Under the pieces are notes generated by a model. The model was given only the letters and a program-made list of their open reading frames with translations, was not told where the DNA came from and did not search any database. Shown here one piece after another: positions 24,643-32,647 of a stretch of DNA of 64,000 nucleotides. The DNA comes from an uncultured Gammaproteobacteria bacterium (GTDB lineage Bacteria; Patescibacteriota; Microgenomatia; UBA1406): assembly GCA_964414145.1 (NCBI GenBank), contig CAYPVH010000002.1:59369-123368 (forward strand), given 5' to 3'. The position numbers and the translations under genes were made by a program. Position 1 is the stretch's first letter, and every line of letters begins with the position of its first letter.

Positions 24643-25736
24643 TGCTTATTTTGTTTAAAAATGTTTAATAAAATTCCTGTCATCGCATAAAAACTTAGCA
24701 GTGACGAGCCACCATACGAAATGAAGGGTAGGGGAATGCCGGTAAGAGGTGTTAATCCAACTACAGCCGCCAGGTTGATAAAAGTTTGAACCAGCATAGT
24801 AAACAAAATACCAGCGGCTAGTAAAAAGCCCAAGGCATCTTTGGTTTTTTTAATATTTTTATAGATTTGAAAAAATAAAAATATATAGGCGGATATAACC
24901 AATATAGACCCGATAAAACCAAAGTTTTCACCAATAATGGCGAAAATAGAATCGGTGTGAGCTTCAGGTAAAAATTGATATTTTTGCCTGGAATTGCCAT
25001 ATCCGCTTCCCAGTAATCCACCCAAAGATAGAGCGATGTTAATTTGGTTTACATGATAACCAATTCCTTGCGGGTCGATAGACGAGTTTAAAAAGGTTAA
25101 TACTCTTTTCATACGGTAACTTGAAGTTGCTATGAGCAAAGCCCCGCCAAAGAATCCGGTAACAGATAAAAATAACATATGAACCAATGGCGAACCCGAA
25201 ACAAAATAGAGAAAAACAGAAAGCATACCAAGCATGGCTGCTGTTCCAAGGTCTGGTTGTAGCATGACTAGTGCAATTAAAAAGCTGGTTAACAAAATAA
25301 AGGCAAAAAAACGACCTCTTTCTTTAAATGAAAACCAAGAAGACAGGTATATTATTAGAGTAAGTTTTGTAAGTTCTGATGGTTGTAATGTAAAACTTCC
25401 GATTTTTAACCACCGTTTAGCGCCAAGGATTGTTGTAGACAAACCAGGTATAAATATGAGAATTAAAAGAATAATATTTACAACAAGTAAAAGCAAAGAG
25501 AAATAATATAAACGATGGTAATCTAAGAGATAAAAAAAAATAAATACCAATATTGAAATAATAAACCATTGTAGCTGATGCTTAACAAAGAAAAACGAGT
25601 CGTTATAAATTCTATCCGAAGTAATTGAAGAGGCCTCATATATCATAAATATTCCAAAAATGGTCAAAAAAAAGGGAATAAGAAAAACAAAGTTATTAAA
25701 CCCTAACTTTATTTTCTTTGGTTGTCTTTTAATCAT
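24639..25736 (-). CDS. ftsW: SEDS-family lipid II polymerase/flippase-like FtsW
   Basis: QPSELTKL, QPDLGTAAM, LPEAHTDSIFAIIGENFGFIG and GIPLPFISYGGSS. It sits between murD and murG. Confidence 0.88.
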   Translation of the reverse strand: MIKRQPKKIKLGFNNFVFLIPFFLTIFGIFMIYEASSITSDRIYNDSFFFVKHQLQWFIISILVFIFFYLLDYHRLYYFSLLLLVVNIILLILIFIPGLSTTILGAKRWLKIGSFTLQPSELTKLTLIIYLSSWFSFKERGRFFAFILLTSFLIALVMLQPDLGTAAMLGMLSVFLYFVSGSPLVHMLFLSVTGFFGGALLIATSSYRMKRVLTFLNSSIDPQGIGYHVNQINIALSLGGLLGSGYGNSRQKYQFLPEAHTDSIFAIIGENFGFIGSILVISAYIFLFFQIYKNIKKTKDALGFLLAAGILFTMLVQTFINLAAVVGLTPLTGIPLPFISYGGSSLLSFYAMTGILLNIFKQNKQ

Positions 25737-27084
25737 TTAGTTTATTGAAATAATAGTTGAATTGCTCTGCTCGGTCAAATTCATTAAGAAATGAAGCAAA
25801 CGATGTAGCGGAAGGTGAAAAAAGAACTACAGAATTAGAATCTACAAACTTTTTTAAAGCAATAAATAAATTTTTCAGATTTTTATACTCGCCATAGTTT
25901 TTAACCTGTCTTGCAACTCTATTCTTAATAAGATCAGTAAAACTACCAGGCAAATAATAAATACCATAAGCATATTTATTCAAGTTAACAACCAAATCAC
26001 CTATAGGTAGATTTTTACTATTACCTCCTAAAATTAAGTGTAATTTTTTATTCGGGTATATTTTTGCTATTGCCTTAATTGCTTTCTCGCAAGCTATTGG
26101 GGTTGTACTGGTGGAGTCGTTATAGAAAGGAGTAGAGTTATAATTACCGATGTATTGTAATCTGTAGGGTAGACCAGGAAAATTACAAACTGCTTTTTCT
26201 ATAATTTCTGGGCTAATATTGAGTAGTTTGGCTATCTTAGAAGCTAGGGCAATGTTTTCAAGATTATGGTCACCTATTAATTGTTTTTTTGTTAGCTTAC
26301 CTTTATAGTCTTTTGATGTAAACGTGTTTAACTTACCCTTTCTAAGACTATTGATAATTGGAAACTCGGAAAGTGTTGATTTATTTACAAACAGTTGATC
26401 GGTACTGGATTGATATTTAAATATTTCAAATTTATCTTGAACATACTGATCCATATTTTTATAGAAATTAAGATGATCCGGGTAAATATTTGTTAAAGCG
26501 GCTATGTTTGTGCTTATTTTAAGATCACCGAAGTTATTCAATTGCCAAGAAGACAATTCAAGCAAAACAATATCGCCTTCTTTTACTTTGCCAAACAATC
26601 TTAATGCTGATTTACCGGGAATATTTCCAGCTAGATAAACTTTTCTTTTAAGGTTGGCAGATTTTAGGATTGAGTAAAGCAGATGGGTTGTTGTGCTTTT
26701 ACCCCTGGTTCCGGTTATTCCTATTGAATAACAGGTTGAATTTTTTAAAAAAAAGGCGGTAGGCATAAGAATGGTTTTGTTTTCTTTTTTGGCGTAGTTG
26801 ATAAACACATTATCGGGCCTAATTGCAGGATTTTTAATTATTAGATCTGCCTTATCGATACTTTTATAGTTGTGCTCACCAAGAATATATTTGATTGAAT
26901 ATTTAGATAATTTTTGGATTGCCGGAGTTAGCTCTTTTTTCGTTTTTAAGTCGGTGACAACTACGTTTGCACCCAGTTTTGAAAAAAAACTAGCTGCCTC
27001 TATACCTCCACCAAGCAACCCAAGACCGAAAATCAGAACGTTTTTGTTTTTAAACTGATGCTTTATTTTAAAAAGGCTATCCAT
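25729..27084 (-). CDS. murD: UDP-N-acetylmuramoylalanine--D-glutamate ligase MurD
   Basis: N-terminal Rossmann VLIFGLGLLGGG, the Mur ligase P-loop GITGTRGKSTTT, and dcw position after mraY. Confidence 0.88.
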   Translation of the reverse strand: MDSLFKIKHQFKNKNVLIFGLGLLGGGIEAASFFSKLGANVVVTDLKTKKELTPAIQKLSKYSIKYILGEHNYKSIDKADLIIKNPAIRPDNVFINYAKKENKTILMPTAFFLKNSTCYSIGITGTRGKSTTTHLLYSILKSANLKRKVYLAGNIPGKSALRLFGKVKEGDIVLLELSSWQLNNFGDLKISTNIAALTNIYPDHLNFYKNMDQYVQDKFEIFKYQSSTDQLFVNKSTLSEFPIINSLRKGKLNTFTSKDYKGKLTKKQLIGDHNLENIALASKIAKLLNISPEIIEKAVCNFPGLPYRLQYIGNYNSTPFYNDSTSTTPIACEKAIKAIAKIYPNKKLHLILGGNSKNLPIGDLVVNLNKYAYGIYYLPGSFTDLIKNRVARQVKNYGEYKNLKNLFIALKKFVDSNSVVLFSPSATSFASFLNEFDRAEQFNYYFNKLND

Positions 27085-28103
27085 AAACCAAATAGTGAAG
27101 CAATTAAGGCACTAAGCCAGAGCCGAAAAACAATTTTAGGCTCAGACCAACCTCTTAATTGTAAATATAAATGAAATGGGGCTACAGGAAAAAATTTACG
27201 TTTTAAGTATTTTTTTGATAACAGTTGAACTAATGAAGAGCCAATTTCTACAATAAAAACAAAACCAATAATAGGTAGTAGGAAAGCTTTACCTAGTAAT
27301 AAACCGATAATAGCATAAGTTGCACCAAAAGCTAGTGCCCCGGTATCTCCCAAAATAATTCTAGCTGGATGAACATTGAAATATAAGAAAGTTATTAATC
27401 CGCCAATCCACACAGCTAAGAAAATTGATAGCACAGTATCAAGTAGAGAAGATGAAATAACCCAAAAAATTAATAGATTAATTAGTAGTACCCCAGACGA
27501 CAAGCCGTCGAGCCCATCAGTAATGTTAAAGGCATTAGCAAAGGCAACAATAATAAAAAGAGCAAAGAGTATATAAAGTGGTCCAAGTGTTAAGGTGCCA
27601 AAAAAGGGAATATGAATAAAATTAATACCTAACCAGTAATAAAGCCAAACACTAACAACTAAGGCCAAAACCAGCTCTATGATTAGTTTATGCCTTAATC
27701 TTAAGCCAAAAAAGTTCTTTGCACCCCAAGCAAATATTTTTTGAGAATCGTCATATAAACCAAGTGACGCAAAAGAGAACAAGGTAAAGAAAATAATTAC
27801 CGCTTCTTTGCTTACGTTCTTGAAAACAGAAATAATTGGAACATCAAATAAATAAAACAAAAATAGAAAGAAAAAAGAAAGGAGTAAAGTTGTTGTTACA
27901 ATAAGTAGACCACCACCAACCGGAACCCCAGCTTTCTTTTTATGAAAAAAATCGAATATTGGTGCTAATTTATTAAATGGATCTTTTGTTTTTTGGATTT
28001 GCCTTTGAAATTTAATTTTATAGAGTAGATTAATGAATGGAATCATTAAAAATGAATTGAATACAAAGGAAAACAAAAGTATTCCCAAATAAAGACTTGC
28101 CAT
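27063..28103 (-). CDS. mraY: Phospho-N-acetylmuramoyl-pentapeptide transferase MraY
   Basis: GGGLLIV, NAFNITDGLDGL and GDTGALAFG motifs in a polytopic protein. Confidence 0.92.
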   Translation of the reverse strand: MASLYLGILLFSFVFNSFLMIPFINLLYKIKFQRQIQKTKDPFNKLAPIFDFFHKKKAGVPVGGGLLIVTTTLLLSFFFLFLFYLFDVPIISVFKNVSKEAVIIFFTLFSFASLGLYDDSQKIFAWGAKNFFGLRLRHKLIIELVLALVVSVWLYYWLGINFIHIPFFGTLTLGPLYILFALFIIVAFANAFNITDGLDGLSSGVLLINLLIFWVISSSLLDTVLSIFLAVWIGGLITFLYFNVHPARIILGDTGALAFGATYAIIGLLLGKAFLLPIIGFVFIVEIGSSLVQLLSKKYLKRKFFPVAPFHLYLQLRGWSEPKIVFRLWLSALIASLFGLWIAFLK

Positions 28104-28112
28104 ATTTTTAAA

Positions 28113-28493
28113 TTATAAATTTAGGTTGTTTAGTATTTTCGGACCAAAAATTAGTAACCCAACTAGTACTGCATAGATAGAGTAAATTAGAACTGCAGCT
28201 GCCGACGTGTCTTTTGCTTTTTTAATGATAGGATTAAAATCCTGTGTTACCGCGTCTGTTGTTTGTTCAATGCTTGTATTTAATAATTCCAGTGCTAGTA
28301 CCGTAAAAATTACAGTTATAACAACCAGCCATTCAAGATAACTAATAGAAAAAAAAAGGGAAATAACCAAAACCAAAATAACAGCGAATATGTGGATTTT
28401 AAAGTTAATCTGGCTTTTAAAAGCCCAATTAAGCCCAGCAAAGGCATTGGCAAAACCCTGCGCAATACTTCTTTTTTTTACAAATTTTTGCAT
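28113..28493 (-). CDS. dgkA: Diacylglycerol/undecaprenol kinase (prokaryotic DagK family)
   Basis: From ATG 28493: MQKFVKKRSIAQGFANAFAGLNWAF. It has three TMs, ELLNTSIEQTTDAV and KKAKDTSAAAVL. The track start at 28559 overlaps the upstream gene. Confidence 0.75.
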   Translation of the reverse strand: MQKFVKKRSIAQGFANAFAGLNWAFKSQINFKIHIFAVILVLVISLFFSISYLEWLVVITVIFTVLALELLNTSIEQTTDAVTQDFNPIIKKAKDTSAAAVLIYSIYAVLVGLLIFGPKILNNLNL

Positions 28494-28522
28494 CGCATAT
28501 ATTAATTTAATTTTATTATAGT

Positions 28523-29527
28523 TTATTTTGTTGCTCGGTTGGCAATTATATAATTCCAAATATAACTGGCAAGTTTATTGCTGTCGTGCCTCAGTAAGCT
28601 TCTTGATAGTTTGTCTCCGGCGGTTTGTTTATTGATAACATTACTAATAAAATCGGCTCTGTGAATTTTGTATTCGGTATTTTTTTTGAGATTATCGATA
28701 ATTTTAATTTCACCTTTTGATTCATACCTTTCCTCAATACTCTGGTCAATTATTGAGTTATTAACTAATACATGATCAAATGCATCAGAGCCAAGTATTT
28801 TAGTATATATTTTAATAAAATCACTTGCAGAAAAATTATCTGTTTGACCCATTTTATTCATTAGGTTTAAGATAAATATTTTTGTAGCCTTGCTTTCTTT
28901 ATATGCGTCAACAATATCACTGAAAATAAAATTTGGGATAATGCTGGTGTACAGATCACCCGGGCCAATAATTATATAATCTGCTTCACGAATACAGCTG
29001 ACCGCTTTCTGGTTTACAGCAACTTGCTTGTCTAGAAACAGTTTTTCAATTGCAGATCTTTTTTCTTTTTTGTCAATTAATGCCTCTGTCTTAATTAGAT
29101 GGCCATTTTTTAGTTTAGCTACAATGTTAGTTTTTTCTAATGTAACAGGAATAACAGTTCCTTTTGTTTGTAAGATATACTCGGCAAGTTCGATTCCTTT
29201 TTCAAAGTCGCCGGTTATTTTTTCAAGTACTGTTAAGAAAATGTTGCCAAAGTTATGACCGCTAAAATCACCATTGTGAAAGCGATATAAAAAAAGTTCT
29301 CGCCAAATTTGAGGTGATTTGGACATGGCAATTAGTGCTTGTCTAACGTCGCCAGGAGGAAGTACACCATATTGGTCCCTTAGCCTGCCAGTACTACCAC
29401 CACTATCCATCATAGTAACTACTGCTGTTAAGTCAGCTGTATATTTTTTTAAACCCGACAAAACCACAAAGCTACCGGTTCCTCCACCAACAACTATAAT
29501 TTTCTTATGTTTTTCCATTTTTTTCAT
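28523..29527 (-). CDS. yvcK: YvcK/CofD-family (UPF0052) gluconeogenesis / cell-shape factor
   Basis: IIVVGGGTGSFVVLSGLK...LTAVVTMMDSGGSTGRLRD...GPGDLYTSIIPN. Confidence 0.8.
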   Translation of the reverse strand: MKKMEKHKKIIVVGGGTGSFVVLSGLKKYTADLTAVVTMMDSGGSTGRLRDQYGVLPPGDVRQALIAMSKSPQIWRELFLYRFHNGDFSGHNFGNIFLTVLEKITGDFEKGIELAEYILQTKGTVIPVTLEKTNIVAKLKNGHLIKTEALIDKKEKRSAIEKLFLDKQVAVNQKAVSCIREADYIIIGPGDLYTSIIPNFIFSDIVDAYKESKATKIFILNLMNKMGQTDNFSASDFIKIYTKILGSDAFDHVLVNNSIIDQSIEERYESKGEIKIIDNLKKNTEYKIHRADFISNVINKQTAGDKLSRSLLRHDSNKLASYIWNYIIANRATK

Positions 29528-30746
29528 TTGGGAATAATATACTTCCTGGCATGATAAGACTTTCTTTGCCTATCTTTGTGCCCGGCATTAGATTAACACC
29601 AACCCCAATTTTGCTATTAGCTCCAATGATTGCTCCCAGTTTAACACGATTTGTGTTAACGCGTATTTCTTCTGAATAGGAATAGATTGGTTGCTGATCG
29701 AACCTCCAGTTTGCCGTAACTGTGTTGGCACCTAAACTGCAACCGGTGTCTATTACACTATCGCCAACATAGTTGCGATGTAGCATTACATTATTTGCCA
29801 AGTAACTCCTGGCAACTTCGCTATGAGCGCCTATAATACAATCTTTGCCAATATGAGAATCTCTTATTAATACGTGATCTCCAATAATTGTGTTTTTACC
29901 AATAAAAACAGGACCGGAAATTTTTACAAAAGATCCAATTTTAACGTTTTCCTCAATATATACATTTCCGATAATATTTGCTGTTGGATCGGTTTCTGTC
30001 GAATTAATTGTTCTGCTGTTGATATTTTTTAAGAATAATGACATTGCATCTAAAATATGCCAAGGATATTTAAGTGTAGCAAAGTCATCTGTGCTTATGA
30101 CATAAGCAGATTTTTCTGTTTGCAGCAGAGAATTTATAGCGTCTTCGTAGGTTATGGAAAGATTTTTTTTAATCAGAACTTTTTTTAATACAGACGAATT
30201 CCGAAAATAATCAAAAACGAAACGAAAAAGGTTAAGGTTTGATGGTACTTCGTCTTCTGGTGGCTTTTCCCAAATTTGTTCAACCTGTTTTGTTTTTTTA
30301 TCTACTTTTAAATACCCACCGGGCACATATGATTTAACAGGAGTTGCAGACAAAACTATTGCGTTATCTTTAGTACTGTTTTGTAAATCAACAATAGTCT
30401 TTTCCGAAAAAATATCATTACTGTTTACAACCAAAGTTGGATTAGTATTACTGATTTTCTCTAAAGCAGCGATTATGGCGCCGGATTGATCTGGCAGTTT
30501 TTGAATAATCGTTGATACCCTTTTGAGCTTATGGGTTTTAATAAGATTACTGATTTGTAAATAATTTGCTTCATTAGTAATTACGAAAAATCGTACCTCA
30601 ACTCCTTTTTTTCTAAAAAAATGAGTATATCTACGAATTTGGTAAATTACTAAAGGAATACCAAAAAAGGTAATCAAATTTTTCTCCTCAAGTGGCCAAA
30701 ATCTCTTGCTAAGACCACCTGCCAACAGAATAATGTTAAGCTTCAT
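29505..30746 (-). CDS. Sugar-phosphate nucleotidyltransferase with a C-terminal left-handed beta-helix (GlmU/GCD1-like architecture)
   Basis: From ATG 30746: MKLNIILLAGGLSKRFWPL (NTP-transferase G-loop). The C-terminal hexapeptide repeats read IGNVYIEENVKIGSFVKISGPVFIGKNTIIGDHVLIRDSHIGKDCIIG. Sugar specificity cannot be read from the sequence. Confidence 0.7.
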   Translation of the reverse strand: MKLNIILLAGGLSKRFWPLEEKNLITFFGIPLVIYQIRRYTHFFRKKGVEVRFFVITNEANYLQISNLIKTHKLKRVSTIIQKLPDQSGAIIAALEKISNTNPTLVVNSNDIFSEKTIVDLQNSTKDNAIVLSATPVKSYVPGGYLKVDKKTKQVEQIWEKPPEDEVPSNLNLFRFVFDYFRNSSVLKKVLIKKNLSITYEDAINSLLQTEKSAYVISTDDFATLKYPWHILDAMSLFLKNINSRTINSTETDPTANIIGNVYIEENVKIGSFVKISGPVFIGKNTIIGDHVLIRDSHIGKDCIIGAHSEVARSYLANNVMLHRNYVGDSVIDTGCSLGANTVTANWRFDQQPIYSYSEEIRVNTNRVKLGAIIGANSKIGVGVNLMPGTKIGKESLIMPGSILFPNEKNGKT

Positions 30747-30861
30747 AAGTAGCAATAATTATACTCTAATTATATAGGTGTTGCAAAGCACAACCGGTTT
30801 TCAATTTATACAAGCTTTATAATTTGTATTTCTTGTATAAATAGTATAAAATATTCTACTT

Positions 30862-31176
30862 ATGGATGACTTTGCCGTTATTAAAACTGGTGGAAAACAA
30901 TATATTGCCAAAAAAGGCGAAACCCTAGTTGTTGATAAACTTAATGCAGAAGAAAACAAAAACATTGAGTTTGACAAGGTTTTACTTGTGGTTAATGAAA
31001 AGGGTTTTCAAATTGGTAAACCATATTTAAAAGGGGCAAAGGTTGTGGCTAAAGTTGTTAAACAGGACAAAGGTGAAAAAATTAGAGTTGCCAGATTCAG
31101 AGCCAAATCAAGGTATTGCAAGGTTACAGGATTCAGACGAATGTTAACAGAAATTAAAATAGTTGATATAAAGTAA
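30862..31176 (+). CDS. rplU: 50S ribosomal protein L21
   Basis: FAVIKTGGKQYIAKKGETLVVDKL...RFRAKSRY. Confidence 0.93.
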   Translation: MDDFAVIKTGGKQYIAKKGETLVVDKLNAEENKNIEFDKVLLVVNEKGFQIGKPYLKGAKVVAKVVKQDKGEKIRVARFRAKSRYCKVTGFRRMLTEIKIVDIK

Positions 31177-31181
31177 TTTAA

Positions 31182-31427
31182 ATGGCACATACAAAAGCAA
31201 AAGGTTCGGCGAGAATTAACAAAGACTCCATATCCAAAAGACTTGGGGTTAAAAAGTTTGGTGGTGAGGTAGTTAATACCGGAATGATTATTGTTAGGCA
31301 ACGAGGTACCAAATTTAAAGCAGGGGACGGAGTAAGGATGGGAAAGGATCACACACTTTTTTCTATTAAACAAGGGAAAGTTGAATTTTATAATAAGTTG
31401 GGTAAGCCCCATATAAGAGTTGTCTAA
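31182..31427 (+). CDS. rpmA: 50S ribosomal protein L27 (no N-terminal propeptide)
   Basis: [29 protein letters not shown]...[27 protein letters not shown]. Confidence 0.95.
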   Translation: MAHTKAKGSARINKDSISKRLGVKKFGGEVVNTGMIIVRQRGTKFKAGDGVRMGKDHTLFSIKQGKVEFYNKLGKPHIRVV

Positions 31428-31965
31428 TCAAAATTCCATCAATCAAGTAATTAAAATTATCAAAGATTCAGGCACTAACCCCTTACGAAAGGCGTATTTG
31501 ATTGCAAAAATTATCAAAGAGAAAGATCTCTCAAAGAAAGAGTTGGCTTATTTAATTGATAAAAGTCCAAGCTATGTATCAAATTATTTAAGACTTGTTG
31601 AATTACCCGAAGCTATAAAAGATGCTCTGTTATCGGGTGTAATATCGGAAGGCCACGGCAGAGCCCTTTCATTTCTTGAAGACAGTGCCGATGCTACTAA
31701 AATCTATGAAGCAATTTTAAGATACGGGTATTCGGTTCGAGAAGTTGAAAAAGAAGTAAATAAACACCGAAAAAATAAAAGAAGATACGGAAAGGTTTCA
31801 GATGAATTGAAAGAAATGGAAGCTAAAGTACAAATAAAAACAGGGGCTAAAACAAACGTTAGAAGAAGCCGGAAAGAACTGGTTTTTACAATGCAGTTAC
31901 CCTTAGGAATAGTTGGAATTAGAAAGTTAAAACATATTCTTGACTTGATAATTACAAAAGGTTAA
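31420..31965 (+). CDS. ParB/Noc-type HTH protein lacking the N-terminal ParB (CTPase/Srx-like) domain
   Basis: 181 aa. [47 protein letters not shown] matches the ParB HTH + GHARAL-like segment, but only about 25 aa precede it. The TTG start overlaps the rpmA stop. Confidence 0.6.
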   Translation: MSNQNSINQVIKIIKDSGTNPLRKAYLIAKIIKEKDLSKKELAYLIDKSPSYVSNYLRLVELPEAIKDALLSGVISEGHGRALSFLEDSADATKIYEAILRYGYSVREVEKEVNKHRKNKRRYGKVSDELKEMEAKVQIKTGAKTNVRRSRKELVFTMQLPLGIVGIRKLKHILDLIITKG

Positions 31966-31969
31966 ATTT

Positions 31970-32608
31970 TTAAAAACTATATTCAACGGCGGTAATCTTA
32001 CCCATTCTAGCTACCGGGTAATATCTGAAGAATACTCTACCAACAATATTATTCATAGGCACAAAACCAAACTCTCTTGAGTCCGATGATCCCGGTCTAT
32101 TATCTCCCATTACGAAAAATGAATCTGCAGGTACTATAACTTCTGTATTGTCCTGCATAAAGCCAGCTGGAAAAACAGGAGTTTCAACATCGATATAAGT
32201 TTCTGTTAATACTTGATCATTTATGAAAACTTTGCCGTCTGTTATTTTAACCTTTTCATTAGGTAATCCAATAACTCTTTTGATAAAGTCAATATCGGGG
32301 TTTTCCGGAGATTTAAGAATAACAACATCACCTCTTTTGGGTGATGTAAATTTGTAGCTGATTTTGTCAGTTAATACATATTCTTTATCTTCGTACGTTG
32401 GGAACATCGAATTTCCTTTTATTTGATGAGGTTGCATTAAAAATAAATAGATTACAATAAAAAAAGCCCCACCAAGCGCAATACTTTGAAGAAAGTCAAA
32501 TATTAAGTCCACAAATCGTGCAAACACACCCTTTTTTTCTAAATTACTATTATTACTGTCATACTGACTGCCGCTTATCCATCCTGAGTTGGCTGAATCA
32601 TTTTCCAT
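31970..32608 (-). CDS. lepB: Signal peptidase I
   Basis: TM, then IKGNSMFPT (the catalytic Ser box SMxPT), DFIKRVIGLP (Lys box) and GDNRPGSSDSR. Confidence 0.9.
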   Translation of the reverse strand: MENDSANSGWISGSQYDSNNSNLEKKGVFARFVDLIFDFLQSIALGGAFFIVIYLFLMQPHQIKGNSMFPTYEDKEYVLTDKISYKFTSPKRGDVVILKSPENPDIDFIKRVIGLPNEKVKITDGKVFINDQVLTETYIDVETPVFPAGFMQDNTEVIVPADSFFVMGDNRPGSSDSREFGFVPMNNIVGRVFFRYYPVARMGKITAVEYSF

Positions 32609-32616
32609 AGTGATAA

Positions 32617-32622
32617 ATTCTA
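32617..32622 (-). promoter_or_regulatory. Putative -10 box (TAGAAT) 8 nt upstream of the lepB ATG
   Basis: The minus strand reads ataTAGAATttatcactATG. Confidence 0.3.
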
Positions 32623-32632
32623 TATTTTTTTT

Positions 32633-32641
32633 TGCTAGAAT
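32633..32641 (+). promoter_or_regulatory. Putative extended -10 box (TGcTAGAAT) 6 nt upstream of the topA ATG
   Basis: The sequence is tttTGcTAGAATacaacaATG, with no SD possible in the gap. Confidence 0.4.
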
Positions 32642-32647
32642 ACAACA

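Noticed and set aside
30807-30839. 8-bp inverted repeat TATACAAG...CTTGTATA (17-nt loop containing TATAAT) upstream of rplU, considered as a possible L21-leader-like element or operator
   Set aside because: The stem is short and AT-rich with no G-C pairs, and I can recall no conserved structure to compare it with. It cannot be distinguished from chance in an AT-rich intergenic region.
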